DNA of 64,000 nucleotides, taken from the NCBI GenBank assembly GCA_963665815.1, contig OY762463.1, positions 896,001 through 960,000 on the forward strand. Reading direction: 5' to 3'. The notes under the pieces were generated by a model. The model was not told the origin of the DNA and searched no databases. It saw nothing but the letters and a program-made list of their open reading frames with translations. The DNA comes from Candidatus Cloacimonadales bacterium (GTDB lineage: Bacteria; Cloacimonadota; Cloacimonadia; Cloacimonadales; JAIOQZ01). Each line of letters starts with the position of its first letter. The stretch's first letter is position 1. The position numbers and the translations under genes were made by a program. Below are positions 1-10,316 of this stretch, one piece after another.

Positions 1-59
1 ATGTTTATTTCTGACGAGATCAGCATATTTTTCCCTGAATCGCAGAAACTGGAGATAAA

Positions 60-1391
60 ATGAGAAAAGCAATAGTAGCCATTGTTGGACGTCCGAACGT
101 TGGTAAATCGACCCTGTTCAACAGGCTTTGCAATAAAAGACGAGCTATCGTGGACTTTGAAGAAGGTATCACACGTGATCGCAAATATGAAAATGTAGAA
201 TGGGCAGGCAAACGCTTTATTGTTGTTGATACAGGCGGAATCGTTCCCAAATCAAATGATGTTATGGATAGAGCTATTCGTTTTCAAGCTGAAGTATCAA
301 TTGAAGAAGCCGATTTTATCCTGTTTGTCGTTGATGCTCAGACAGGTCCAACCGATATTGATATGGAGATAGCTAAAATCCTGTCAAAACACAGACAAAG
401 AGTTATGCTGGTCGTAAATAAAGTTGATAATGAAAAGCTTGATCTGGAGATATACGATTTTATGACATTGGGGTTGGGAGAACCATTCCCTGTTGCAGCC
501 GTCAGTGGAAGAAATACAGGTAACTTCCTCGATGCAATACTGTCACAGATTCAAACACAAACCGTGGGAGAGCAGGAAGACGAAGATGACAGTTTCAAGA
601 TTGCAATAGTAGGAAAACCTAATGTGGGCAAATCCTCACTTGTGAACAAACTGATAGGTGATGATGTTGTGATTGTCAGTGATATACCGGGAACTACCCG
701 TGATGCAATCGACACAAAACTCAAATATCACAATAAAACATTCACTTTTATTGATACAGCCGGACTGAAAAAGAAAACCAGAATCAAGTATGGTGTAGAC
801 TATTTCAGTTCAATGAGAACAATTGAAAGTATTCGGAGAGCAGATATTGTACTCCTTGTGATGGATGCTGAAAATGAAATCTCTTCACAAGACAAGAAAA
901 TTGCATCTCTTGCCCACAGAAATTATAGAGACCTCATTATTGTATTCAACAAGTGGGATCTTATAGAAAAGAATCATAAAACAATAAACGAGTACAGAGA
1001 TAAAATTGTTGATTCACTTCCGTTCCTGGAACACGCTCCTTTTGTAACAACATCTGCATTGAGCGGTCAACGTGTAAGAAAACTCCTTGATTTGATTATA
1101 GAAGTTGAGGAAAACAGTCACCAGAGAATCACAACATCAAAACTGAATGAATTTTTAGAAAAAGCCATTAATAAATGGCAGCCTACTCACCCAAGCGGCA
1201 AACAGGTTAAGTTCTTATACGTGTCTCAGGTAAAAACTCACCCGCCAACATTCGTATTCTTTTGTAATGACCATAAGCGTGTTACAGAGAACTACAAGCG
1301 ATACCTTCATAACAGACTTCGCGATGAGTATGGATTTCAAGGTGCAGCTCTTAAGCTTCTTTTCAGAGGAAGAAAGAAAGATGAGCAATAG
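60..1391 (+). CDS. der: Ribosome biogenesis GTPase Der/EngA
   Basis: Two tandem GTPase domains (GRPNVGKS/DTGG/NKVD and GKPNVGKS/DTAG/NKWD) plus C-terminal KH-like region (PPTFVFF); GGAG SD upstream. Confidence 0.97.
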   Translation: MRKAIVAIVGRPNVGKSTLFNRLCNKRRAIVDFEEGITRDRKYENVEWAGKRFIVVDTGGIVPKSNDVMDRAIRFQAEVSIEEADFILFVVDAQTGPTDIDMEIAKILSKHRQRVMLVVNKVDNEKLDLEIYDFMTLGLGEPFPVAAVSGRNTGNFLDAILSQIQTQTVGEQEDEDDSFKIAIVGKPNVGKSSLVNKLIGDDVVIVSDIPGTTRDAIDTKLKYHNKTFTFIDTAGLKKKTRIKYGVDYFSSMRTIESIRRADIVLLVMDAENEISSQDKKIASLAHRNYRDLIIVFNKWDLIEKNHKTINEYRDKIVDSLPFLEHAPFVTTSALSGQRVRKLLDLIIEVEENSHQRITTSKLNEFLEKAINKWQPTHPSGKQVKFLYVSQVKTHPPTFVFFCNDHKRVTENYKRYLHNRLRDEYGFQGAALKLLFRGRKKDEQ

Positions 1392-2013
1392 CATTCTGAT
1401 CCTGATTCATATTACTGCTGCTTATGTTATCGGGAGTATCCCGACCAGCTATATAGCCGGTAAAATTTTTAAAGGAATCGACATTCGCGAACATGGAAGC
1501 GGAAACGTTGGTGCAACCAATGCTGTTCGTGTACTTGGAGTAAAAATCGGTATCCCTGTAATGCTTGTAGACATATTCAAAGGTGCAATTCCAGTGATTA
1601 TTGCCCGTAGTACTCTTTCCGATATAGAACATGCTTCAGAGTGGCTTCTCCTTGTAGGTGTAGCTACTATCGTCGGGCATATTTTTACTCTTTTCCTCAG
1701 ATTCAAGGGAGGAAAGGGTGTTGCAACATCCGCAGGAGTTTTTGGAGCATTAACCCCGATTGCATTAGGATTTGCTCTGGCAGTATTCATTATCCTTGTA
1801 GCTGTCAGCAGGTATGTGTCTCTCGGATCAATTTTCGCTGCATTCACTCTTGCAGTATCACAGATTGTATTATTTATTGCAGGAAAAGAATCAAGTGTAT
1901 ATCTGCTTGCTTTAACCTGCGTTATAGCATTATTGATCATCGTAAAACATAAGAAGAATATTAGTCGTCTTGTAAAAGGCAATGAAAATAAACTTACCTT
2001 CACTAAAAAATAA
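1381..2013 (+). CDS. plsY: Glycerol-3-phosphate acyltransferase PlsY
   Basis: GSIP, DIREHGSGNVGATN, GHIF..F.RFKGGKGVA and KHKKNI.RL motifs; start moved to ATG 1381 (MSNSIL), overlapping the der stop, the usual der-plsY order. Confidence 0.95.
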   Translation: MSNSILILIHITAAYVIGSIPTSYIAGKIFKGIDIREHGSGNVGATNAVRVLGVKIGIPVMLVDIFKGAIPVIIARSTLSDIEHASEWLLLVGVATIVGHIFTLFLRFKGGKGVATSAGVFGALTPIALGFALAVFIILVAVSRYVSLGSIFAAFTLAVSQIVLFIAGKESSVYLLALTCVIALLIIVKHKKNISRLVKGNENKLTFTKK

Positions 2014-2211
2014 ATTAATTGTATAAAAGACAGAGAGCTTTGCATAATAGCAAAATCAAAAAGAATTGGCTAAAAGTATCGATAAGATTTTTGAATTCAT
2101 CAAGAATACTTCTTAGAGAAGCTTATTTTTGTCAGTATTTGATGAATTATAAAATCGAGTCAACTACCCCAGTTATGTAAAGATCTTAAACAATATTGAA
2201 AAGGAAAAAAA

Positions 2212-3576
2212 ATGTGTGGAATCATTGGTATTTTCAATCATGAAAATGCTGCTGAACTTGCAGCATTAGGTTTGTTCGCAGAACAACACAGAGGTCAGGA
2301 AAGTTGTGGAATGGCAGTCAGTGACGGAAGTGTCTTTCATTTAAGAAAGAAACTTGGACTTGTAAAGCATGTATTTACTCCCAAACATCTCGATAAGCTG
2401 AAAGGAAAAATCGCAATTGGTCATGTTCGTTATCCTACCAGAGGAACATCTACCGAATATAATTCTCAACCTCATGTTGTAGAAACTCTTTCAGGTCCCA
2501 GATTTGCTCTGGCAAGTAACGGAGATATAATCAACTATCATGATATCCGCAGATACCTTGAATCTCAGGGTGTATATTTCAAAAGCTACAATGATGGTGA
2601 ATTAATTCTCAAATACATTGTATTCCAGATAGAGAAAAAGAAAAAATCTACAGTTGATGCTATTAAAACAATGATGAAACATGTGAAAGGTGCCTTTTCA
2701 ACAGTTTTAGCAACACCTACAGAAATGTACCTTTTCAGAGATCCTCACGCTATGCGTCCTATGACGTATGGGACGCTGGAAGACGGAGCAGTTGTTGTTG
2801 CATCAGAAAGCTGTGCACTGGATATTCTTGCTCCTATAATGAAAAAAGAATTGAAAGCTGCCGAAATAATTGTTGTTAATGAAAAAGGTATCCGATCAAT
2901 CAGTAATGATCCTGCATTATACCGCAGTACGAACACAGACAAACACTGTATTTTCGAACACATCTATTTCTCAAGACCAGACAGTCATGAATTCTGCGAA
3001 AATGTATATGAAGTAAGAGAAAACATAGGCGCTCAACTGGCTGATGACGATACCGATATAGATGTTGATGTTGCTGTTCCTGTCCCTGATTCTTCGAACT
3101 TTATTGCACTCGGATATGCTAAAAGAAAGAAAATACCTTTTGAAATGGGATTAATCCGAAATCATTATGTTGGAAGGACATTCATCAAACCACAACAGAC
3201 TGTAAGAGATGAGAGTGTTAAACAGAAATTCAATCCTCTCCCCAACTTCTTCAAAGGTAAAAAAGTTGTTCTTATTGATGACTCAATTGTTCGAGGAACT
3301 ACAATTAAAAAGATTATAAATGTAATAAAAGGTCAGGGAGCTGCTGAGGTTCATCTCCGAATCGGTTCACCTCAGGTCAAGTACTCATGTTTCTATGGAA
3401 TCGACACTCCGACAAAAGACGAGTTGATTGCTAACAGAATGTCTTTGGAAGAAATGAAGCAATATCTCAATGTTGCATCAATCAAATACATTACAAAAGA
3501 AAAACTGAGTAAATGCGTTACAACTCCTGAAGATTATTGTTATGCCTGTTTTACAGGAAACTACCCTGTGGAGTAA
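2212..3576 (+). CDS. purF: Amidophosphoribosyltransferase
   Basis: N-terminal MCGI nucleophile, QHRGQES, IGHVRY, PRPP motif LIDDSIVRGTT, C-terminal CYACFTG Fe-S ligands. Confidence 0.97.
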   Translation: MCGIIGIFNHENAAELAALGLFAEQHRGQESCGMAVSDGSVFHLRKKLGLVKHVFTPKHLDKLKGKIAIGHVRYPTRGTSTEYNSQPHVVETLSGPRFALASNGDIINYHDIRRYLESQGVYFKSYNDGELILKYIVFQIEKKKKSTVDAIKTMMKHVKGAFSTVLATPTEMYLFRDPHAMRPMTYGTLEDGAVVVASESCALDILAPIMKKELKAAEIIVVNEKGIRSISNDPALYRSTNTDKHCIFEHIYFSRPDSHEFCENVYEVRENIGAQLADDDTDIDVDVAVPVPDSSNFIALGYAKRKKIPFEMGLIRNHYVGRTFIKPQQTVRDESVKQKFNPLPNFFKGKKVVLIDDSIVRGTTIKKIINVIKGQGAAEVHLRIGSPQVKYSCFYGIDTPTKDELIANRMSLEEMKQYLNVASIKYITKEKLSKCVTTPEDYCYACFTGNYPVE

Positions 3577-3578
3577 GT

Positions 3579-4562
3579 ATGCACATCAAGAATCATAAGG
3601 AAATACTTAAGAATCTCGAAGGAAAGAAAATACTTGTAATTGGTGATCTGATGATTGATCATTACATCTGGGGTGATGTTTCCAGAATATCTCCCGAAGC
3701 TCCTGTTCCAGTAGTAAATGTTGAGCGGGAAGAACATAGACTTGGTGGCGCTGCTAATGTTGTGTTTAATATTTCCTGTCTTGGCGGTATTCCTTATGTA
3801 ATTGGTCTTAGTGGAGACGATTCAAATGCATCTGTACTTGAGAATGAATTCAAGAAGAACTCCATAAGCAACCTTTATATTGCAAAAGATAAATGCAGAC
3901 CAACTACAATTAAAACACGTCTTATTGCCAATAATCAGCAGGTAGCAAGAATTGATTTCGAGAAAATTGATGAAATCCAGAAGCAGACTGAATCTGAAAT
4001 CATTTCACATTTCGATAATATAATTACTGAAATGGATGCTGTACTTATAGAAGACTATAATAAAGGACTTCTTACAGACTCCCTTGTCAGGCATATTATC
4101 AAACGATGTAATGAATTTGATAAAATAGTAACTGTTGACCCGAAATATAAGAATTTCTTCAGCTATCAGAATTGTACTGTGTTTAAGCCAAATTATCTGG
4201 AATTAAAGAAGAATATGAATGTTATCATTGAATCCGAAGAAGAGTTTTATGAAACATCTTTCAAGCTTCTTGAGGAAATCAACTCTGAATACCTGATTGT
4301 GACTCGAGGCAGCAAAGGATTATCAATATTCACCAAGGGAAATGATGTTGTTAACATTCCAACCTTCGCCAAACAGGTTTTTGATGTTTCCGGAGCAGGA
4401 GATACGGTAATCAGTACACTAACTCTATGCTTAGCAGCCGGAGTACCAATAAAGGATGCGGCAATCATTGCTAATCGAGCTGCAGGAAAAGTCTGCGGTA
4501 TTGTTGGTATTGCTCCTGTATACCCTCATGATATTATTGATTCATTCAAAGAAGAAGAATAA
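3579..4562 (+). CDS. rfaE1: D-glycero-beta-D-manno-heptose-7-phosphate kinase (HldE domain I, PfkB family)
   Basis: GDLMID.Y.WG..SRISPEAPVP, GGAANV, DYNKG, DVSGAGDT; start moved to ATG 3579 just after the purF stop. Confidence 0.93.
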   Translation: MHIKNHKEILKNLEGKKILVIGDLMIDHYIWGDVSRISPEAPVPVVNVEREEHRLGGAANVVFNISCLGGIPYVIGLSGDDSNASVLENEFKKNSISNLYIAKDKCRPTTIKTRLIANNQQVARIDFEKIDEIQKQTESEIISHFDNIITEMDAVLIEDYNKGLLTDSLVRHIIKRCNEFDKIVTVDPKYKNFFSYQNCTVFKPNYLELKKNMNVIIESEEEFYETSFKLLEEINSEYLIVTRGSKGLSIFTKGNDVVNIPTFAKQVFDVSGAGDTVISTLTLCLAAGVPIKDAAIIANRAAGKVCGIVGIAPVYPHDIIDSFKEEE

Positions 4563-4584
4563 CACATATAGAATATTTTTTTTC

Positions 4585-4613
4585 AGCGATTCCTGAAGGA
4601 GTCGCTTTTTTTT
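4585..4613 (+). terminator. Rho-independent terminator after rfaE1
   Basis: AGCGATTCC-TGAA-GGAGTCGCT stem followed by a T run. Confidence 0.85.
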
Positions 4614-4853
4614 ATCATATGTTTTTATTATCTGATCATTTAGTAAATAGTATTTTTCTGAAATATACAGCAAAATAATCATGTAAACAAGCTCATCACT
4701 ACTCAAGGAAAAATAAGTTTAGATTCTTATTCTTTCCATCAAAATCAACAATTATATTGATTGGTTATATATTCTCAACATTGTATAAACAGCATTTAGA
4801 TTGAATTAAACTCATAAATCAGGAAAAACATGTTAACGAAATATTAATATTTC

Positions 4854-4883
4854 TTGACATCTACCGAAAACAAACCATACTAT
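4854..4883 (+). promoter_or_regulatory. Putative sigma70 promoter directly abutting ddl
   Basis: TTGACA at 4854-4859; CATACT at 4876-4881 or TACTAT at 4878-4883; no SD before the start. Confidence 0.5.
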
Positions 4884-5874
4884 GAGTATGAAATACAAAA
4901 TAGTTGTTTTATCAGGTGGAACATCTGAAGAAAAGGATGTTTCAAAGATTTCTGCTAATGAAATCAGCACTGCTTTAAACAGCATTGGTTTTGAAGCTAT
5001 AGAGATTGATCCTGAAGAATTTTATTCTCCGGAGTACTCTGTATCACCTAATCTCTTTCTGATAGAAGAGATAAAAAAACAGAAACCATTAGTTGTTTTT
5101 AATGGACTGCATGGTGGATGTGGTGAGAATGGAATGCTGCAGGCACTGTTGGAGATGGAAAATATTCCATTTACCGGATCAGGACATAAATCCTGTGCAA
5201 TTGCTATGGATAAAGAGCTTTCCAATCTTATTGCTGAAAAAGCTAAACTTGTAATTCCTAGGACAATTGTTTTGAATGTTTCCAGCGACTACGACCTTAA
5301 ACAGATCATCGACAAGCTTGGACTTCCACTTGTTGTCAAACCGGTTTCTTCCGGGTCTTCATTTGGAATATCCATAGTAAGAAAAGAAGAAGATCTCCCT
5401 GATGCATTGAGTTATGCTTTTGAATACGATAACAGGATCATGCTGCAGGAATTCATAGAAGGTAAAGAACTTACCGTGACCATTCTAGATGATATTCCTC
5501 TTCCTGTTGTAGAAATACAACCATTCGACGGCTGGTATGATTACAAAAACAAATATACAAAAGGTAAAACCAAGTATATTGTACCGGCAGAAATTGATGA
5601 CAGGGAGTCTCACATAGTTCAGGAGCAGGCATTCAGAGTCTTTAAAATGATGCAGTGTTCCGGTTATGCAAGAGTAGATTTCCGCTATGACGGAATTAAC
5701 TTCTATTTTCTTGAAGTCAATACTCTACCAGGCATGACACCTTTAAGTCTCACTCCAATGGCAGCACAGAACGTGGGACTGACCTTTCCCGACTTATTAT
5801 TAAACATTATTGATTCCTCTTTGAGGAAACAGATTAAACAGAAATTTAAAAGTAATCTTAGGAGAATATTATGA
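4882..5874 (+). CDS. ddl: D-alanine--D-alanine ligase (true start may be ATG 4888)
   Basis: GGTSEEKDVS, LHGGCGENG, AIAMDK, VKP...GSSFG, YDYKNKY, RVDFR, EVNTLPG ATP-grasp motifs. Confidence 0.95.
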   Translation: MSMKYKIVVLSGGTSEEKDVSKISANEISTALNSIGFEAIEIDPEEFYSPEYSVSPNLFLIEEIKKQKPLVVFNGLHGGCGENGMLQALLEMENIPFTGSGHKSCAIAMDKELSNLIAEKAKLVIPRTIVLNVSSDYDLKQIIDKLGLPLVVKPVSSGSSFGISIVRKEEDLPDALSYAFEYDNRIMLQEFIEGKELTVTILDDIPLPVVEIQPFDGWYDYKNKYTKGKTKYIVPAEIDDRESHIVQEQAFRVFKMMQCSGYARVDFRYDGINFYFLEVNTLPGMTPLSLTPMAAQNVGLTFPDLLLNIIDSSLRKQIKQKFKSNLRRIL

Positions 5875-7019
5875 AAAAGTACATTTTCTCTGTACTGATA
5901 ACCCTGCTCCTTGCGACAGGATTATTCGCTGATATTAACATTAACTTTGGTGTCGAAAGTGCTACATTCAACGCATTTTATCCATCATACCTGAATCCGC
6001 TTGAGCCGGAAACACAACCCATCTTATTTACAGTTTCAATAGAAAATGATGCGGATACACCTCAAGATTTTATGCTGATTGCAAATCTTACATGGAATGG
6101 TGCATCTCTTCTTGACGATGTTGAAATTACAGCAGACCGTGCGCTTACTGCTCACGAAGTATGGAATTTGACATCTCGCGATGTATTTACACAGACTTCA
6201 AGTTATTTCAGTGCGGATTTTGATTTTGATGATATCATTGAAGGTAACTCAAATTTTGAAGATCAGATAATGAATACCGGGCAATTTCCAAACGGTGTTT
6301 ATGAATTTACCATTGAACCTCAAAACACATCAGGAAGCAATATTGGTGATGTAAAGAATTTCACATTTATCATTCAGAGTCCTGCTCCAATTATTCTTAT
6401 TACACCCGGAACAGTACTTGGTATGACTCCTGTAGAAATTCAGGATTCCAATCCAGCATTTATCTGGAATTCTAACCTTGCATCCATGGCTTATACAAGT
6501 GGTTTAACATTTACGCTTAATGTGTATTCACTGGAAGACATTCCTGAAGCACTTCTCAATGCTGATGCAATAGGTAATGAATCACCTTACTTTACTACAG
6601 AATCCCCAATTACTTCTGTATCATACCCGGCAGATGCAAGACCACTTGAAGCAGGTAAGCTGTATGCATGGCAGGTAACATTCCCGCTTGTATATCCGGG
6701 CTCATCAGGTAATGAAGAGATTAAAAGTGATATGTTTATCTTCAGAATCGCTTCAGGTTCAGATGGTTTCACAACTTCATCTTTTGATCCGGGAGCAGGA
6801 ACAGACGATAATCAACAGTCACTTGAAGCTATAAACTACTTCATACAGACTCTTCCTACTGAGTACAAAAACGAAGTAACAAAACTTCTTAATTCAGGCT
6901 TTGTTCCAAAAACAATTATTAATTATCAAAACGATTATAAACATATCAACACTCTGTATGATCTTTCCGAGCTTATACTCAGTGGAGATAAAAAAATTAT
7001 AAGTGTAACAATTGAGTAG
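5871..7019 (+). CDS. Secreted beta-rich hypothetical protein with a DUF928/Ig-like motif
   Basis: Signal peptide MKKYIFSVLITLLLATGLFA; AGGAG SD; SYPADARPLEAGKLYAWQV segment; overlaps the ddl stop. Confidence 0.75.
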   Translation: MKKYIFSVLITLLLATGLFADININFGVESATFNAFYPSYLNPLEPETQPILFTVSIENDADTPQDFMLIANLTWNGASLLDDVEITADRALTAHEVWNLTSRDVFTQTSSYFSADFDFDDIIEGNSNFEDQIMNTGQFPNGVYEFTIEPQNTSGSNIGDVKNFTFIIQSPAPIILITPGTVLGMTPVEIQDSNPAFIWNSNLASMAYTSGLTFTLNVYSLEDIPEALLNADAIGNESPYFTTESPITSVSYPADARPLEAGKLYAWQVTFPLVYPGSSGNEEIKSDMFIFRIASGSDGFTTSSFDPGAGTDDNQQSLEAINYFIQTLPTEYKNEVTKLLNSGFVPKTIINYQNDYKHINTLYDLSELILSGDKKIISVTIE

Positions 7020-7027
7020 AGGTGATT

Positions 7028-7750
7028 ATGAAAATTAAAACTAAGAGAAAAGGATTTATCTTCATACTAATGTTGTTCTCAATATGCTTATTGATTGCTG
7101 AAAGCCCTGTTGCCATAACACTTAAAGCGAAAGGTGATGTTACACTTGAAAGAGATAAAAAAGTTTCAGATCTTAAGAGCGGTACCCCACTTCAAAACAA
7201 TGACTATCTGGAAAGTAAGGACAATTCTTACGCTGCATTCAGATTTGTTGATGGAAATTCATTGATGAAACTTTTCCCTAACAGTACTCTTCAGGTAAAA
7301 ACTGAAAAAGTAAATGGTGAACTCAATAAAAAGACATATCTCAAATCAGGTAGTGTTTTTTCAAAAATATCCAAAAAGAAAGGTGACTTCTCAATTGAAA
7401 CACCTTCAACAGTTGCTAGTGTAAAAGGAACAAAATGGTTCTACAAAACAACTCAAGGTGGTGATTACATAATTACTTTCACCGGAGTTGTTGAATTTAC
7501 AAATAAAGGCGATAACAAATCCGTTTTCGTTAAAGCAGGAGAGATTGGATATTCAAGAGGATCCGGAGAAATTGAAGTAAGAACATTCAACCCGGCTGAT
7601 CTTGATGAAACTGATGAAGATCTCAAGGAAATCAAAGATTACATGGAAGATGATGAACTTCTTGGAACTGATTCAAGAAATGATGTACTTGAAATAGTCT
7701 TCACAGATGAAGATGGAAATACAAAAAAACTTAAAGTAAACCTTCAGTAG
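7028..7750 (+). CDS. FecR-domain protein
   Basis: N-terminal hydrophobic segment, KGDV, F.DG...KL.PNS, FSIETPSTVASVKGT FecR signature; GAGGTG SD before ATG 7028. Confidence 0.88.
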   Translation: MKIKTKRKGFIFILMLFSICLLIAESPVAITLKAKGDVTLERDKKVSDLKSGTPLQNNDYLESKDNSYAAFRFVDGNSLMKLFPNSTLQVKTEKVNGELNKKTYLKSGSVFSKISKKKGDFSIETPSTVASVKGTKWFYKTTQGGDYIITFTGVVEFTNKGDNKSVFVKAGEIGYSRGSGEIEVRTFNPADLDETDEDLKEIKDYMEDDELLGTDSRNDVLEIVFTDEDGNTKKLKVNLQ

Positions 7751-7805
7751 ATGATACAATTTGTATCATCTGCTGTTCTTTTAAATACGTAAAAACGAGG
7801 AAAAT

Positions 7806-10259
7806 ATGAATAAAATTTCGGTGGTTTTAATATTCATTCTACTTGCAGGCTTTGCACACGCAGAAGTTATTCTTCAGCACAACACACCGGCAGGCATCAA
7901 AAAAGGACATGAGATTAATCTCAGTGTTGATGTTCAGCTTGGTTTTGATGAGATTGAAGATGTAACAGTCTTCTACAGACCGACAGGCGATATTACATAT
8001 ATAACAGAACTTATGGTTAACACAGGTGAATCTGATCCTGTATACAGAGTGCAGCTTCCTGATAATGTTGACAAAGGAAACGGTGTTGAGTATTATTTCG
8101 AAGCCCGGCTTAAAAACAACACTGTAAAAACTCTTCCTGAAAATCAACCCGGCATTAATCCTTACAGACTTCACAAAACAGAAAAATCCGTTACACCATC
8201 ATCAAACTTTGTAAGACTCAGTCCTGAGTTCAATACAATAGAAGCAGATGATGAACTTGTAATTGCAATTTCTACTTATACTATTGAAAACAAGATTCAG
8301 GACGGATCAGTAAAAATCATGTTTGATAATAAGGATATGACTAAAAAAGCTTATATCTCTCCAAACATGGTAGTTCTTACACTTGACAATCCTTCTGCCG
8401 GGACACACTCATTTCAAGTAACCGCAGAACTTAAAAACGGAAAGAAAATTCTTTCCAGACAGTGGATTGTTTCCGTGAAATCAGATTACGATTTCAAAAT
8501 GCCTTATAACATTTCAGGTAATGTAAAATTTAAATCAAATACATTTTCACGTTCTGCAGATGATTCCGAATTGGAATCAAGCAAAAAATCTGCAACCGTA
8601 TCAACCCATATTCAGTCATATTACAAGAAAACTATGTTCTATACAGATATGACTTTCTCATCCAAAGAGTCTTCTAAAAAGCAATCTGTTAACAGATTCA
8701 CACTTGGTCTGAACGTTCCTCATCTGGAACTTAAATTTGGTGATTACAGTCCTTCTTACTCTAACTTCATTATGAGTTCAATAAATGTAAGAGGTTTTCA
8801 CTCAAAATTCTTCACCCGTAAATTCAGATTCATGCTTAACTATGGTAAATCCAAACGTGCAATTGACTCTGAAGTTCATACAATAGATGAAGCATCATTC
8901 GTCTCAAATGCTGGGGAATTTGAAAGAAATACTTTGGGTGCAAGAGTTGAAGTAGGTGATTATGACGGTTTCTTCTGGGGATTCAGTTTTGTTAAAAACA
9001 AAGATGATGTTGAATCACTTGATGAAAATAACTATATGAATATCTCAATTGAAGGTGATAACACTATTGAAAACAGAGTTTTCACTCCAAAAGATAACTT
9101 TGTAGTCGGTGGTGACCTCCATATGAATCTGTGGCAGAAACGTTTCAAAGTTGGTACAGAAATAGCCATCAGTCTTTATAATAATGATATTATTGATGGT
9201 GTTATGGAAAAAGATACTCTTATTGATAAATATGATATTGATCCGCCTATCGATCCTAAAGACTGGGAAGATATCATTGTAATTAATCCAAACCTCGAAC
9301 CGTTAAAACCTGGAGATGCTAACATTGCTCTCAGAGGATATGCAAATCTTTTTGTTTTCAGAAATCAGATTATGGCATCTTACTCTGAAATAGGTTCAAG
9401 CTTCCGATCATTATCTGCTGGTTCTTTGCAACAGGACTTCAGATCAATAAGTTTAAGTGATAATGTTTCTCTTCTGGAAAACCAGATATTCTTCAATGGT
9501 GGAGTCACCATTACATCAGATAATCTGGAGAAACAAAGAACTCATACAAACACATCAACAAGTATATTCAGTACAATGAATATGAGATTCCAAAACATGC
9601 CTACACTATCATTAACATATAATAATACAGGTACAACAAGTGAAGAAGATGAAGCTCTTGGAGACTCTGTTAGCGTCAGTGCTGCTGACACATATAACCC
9701 GGAAGTTGATATGGACTTCAGTACTATCACTACAAGACTGGCATATAATGTTAAACAGATTAATGCAGCACCAACTACCTTCAGTATCGGTTACAGCATG
9801 TCCAATAGTGTAGATAATCAAAATAATTATTTTGATAACAGTTCAAACTCAATAACTTTCGGAGCAAACTCAGTTTTCAGAGATTTCCCGTTAACTACTA
9901 CATTCACTTATACATTCTATGAAACTGATGAAAAATTTATTGCCGTTCCGGATTCAACAGATTCTGATGAATTGACTTTCAATAAAAGTTCGAGAAACTA
10001 CAATTCTATTTATTTCAAGTCAGCTTACGATATGATGCAGCATAAAGTTAAACCTTACGCCAGCATCAAGTATACAAAACATGGTGGAGATACTGATTCG
10101 CAAAGTCTTATCTACTTCAACACAGGCGTTGTATATAGACCATACAAACCTCTGTCAATGTCTACATCAATAGGATTGAACAGTTATGCCAATGATGATA
10201 GTGATAATGCAGATTATTCATCATTCAGCTGGCGATTTAATTTAACATATAATTTCTGA
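7806..10259 (+). CDS. Large exported protein, probable outer-membrane beta-barrel with N-terminal Ig-like domains
   Basis: Signal peptide (..LAGFAHA), alternating aromatic beta-strand pattern in the C-terminal two thirds, ends in the beta-signal-like FSWRFNLTYNF. Confidence 0.7.
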   Translation: MNKISVVLIFILLAGFAHAEVILQHNTPAGIKKGHEINLSVDVQLGFDEIEDVTVFYRPTGDITYITELMVNTGESDPVYRVQLPDNVDKGNGVEYYFEARLKNNTVKTLPENQPGINPYRLHKTEKSVTPSSNFVRLSPEFNTIEADDELVIAISTYTIENKIQDGSVKIMFDNKDMTKKAYISPNMVVLTLDNPSAGTHSFQVTAELKNGKKILSRQWIVSVKSDYDFKMPYNISGNVKFKSNTFSRSADDSELESSKKSATVSTHIQSYYKKTMFYTDMTFSSKESSKKQSVNRFTLGLNVPHLELKFGDYSPSYSNFIMSSINVRGFHSKFFTRKFRFMLNYGKSKRAIDSEVHTIDEASFVSNAGEFERNTLGARVEVGDYDGFFWGFSFVKNKDDVESLDENNYMNISIEGDNTIENRVFTPKDNFVVGGDLHMNLWQKRFKVGTEIAISLYNNDIIDGVMEKDTLIDKYDIDPPIDPKDWEDIIVINPNLEPLKPGDANIALRGYANLFVFRNQIMASYSEIGSSFRSLSAGSLQQDFRSISLSDNVSLLENQIFFNGGVTITSDNLEKQRTHTNTSTSIFSTMNMRFQNMPTLSLTYNNTGTTSEEDEALGDSVSVSAADTYNPEVDMDFSTITTRLAYNVKQINAAPTTFSIGYSMSNSVDNQNNYFDNSSNSITFGANSVFRDFPLTTTFTYTFYETDEKFIAVPDSTDSDELTFNKSSRNYNSIYFKSAYDMMQHKVKPYASIKYTKHGGDTDSQSLIYFNTGVVYRPYKPLSMSTSIGLNSYANDDSDNADYSSFSWRFNLTYNF

Positions 10260-10276
10260 TAAGGAAATTAATATAC

Positions 10277-10308
10277 AAGGGTTTGCTTCAGCAAACCCTT
10301 TATTTTTT
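10277..10308 (+). terminator. Terminator-like hairpin inside the operon, before the cyclase gene
   Basis: Perfect 10-bp stem AAGGGTTTGC-TTCA-GCAAACCCTT followed by TATTTTTT. Confidence 0.7.
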
Positions 10309-10316
10309 GAGGATTT

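Noticed and set aside
1267-1380. N-terminal extension of plsY in the ORF track
   Set aside because: Lies within der; PlsY-like sequence begins at ATG 1381
1449-2045. 198-aa minus-strand ORF
   Set aside because: Antisense shadow of plsY with no motifs; the other short antisense or alternative-frame ORFs (e.g. 12721-13275, 21260-21727, 60451-60801) are rejected for the same reason
2159-2170. GTCAACTACCCC resembles the 5' end of IscB/HEARO omega-RNA elements
   Set aside because: Not followed by the characteristic palindrome and no IscB/TnpB ORF; a 12-nt match is likely chance
2014-2211. Possible purine or ZMP riboswitch upstream of purF
   Set aside because: No recognisable aptamer motifs or terminator; AT-rich and unstructured
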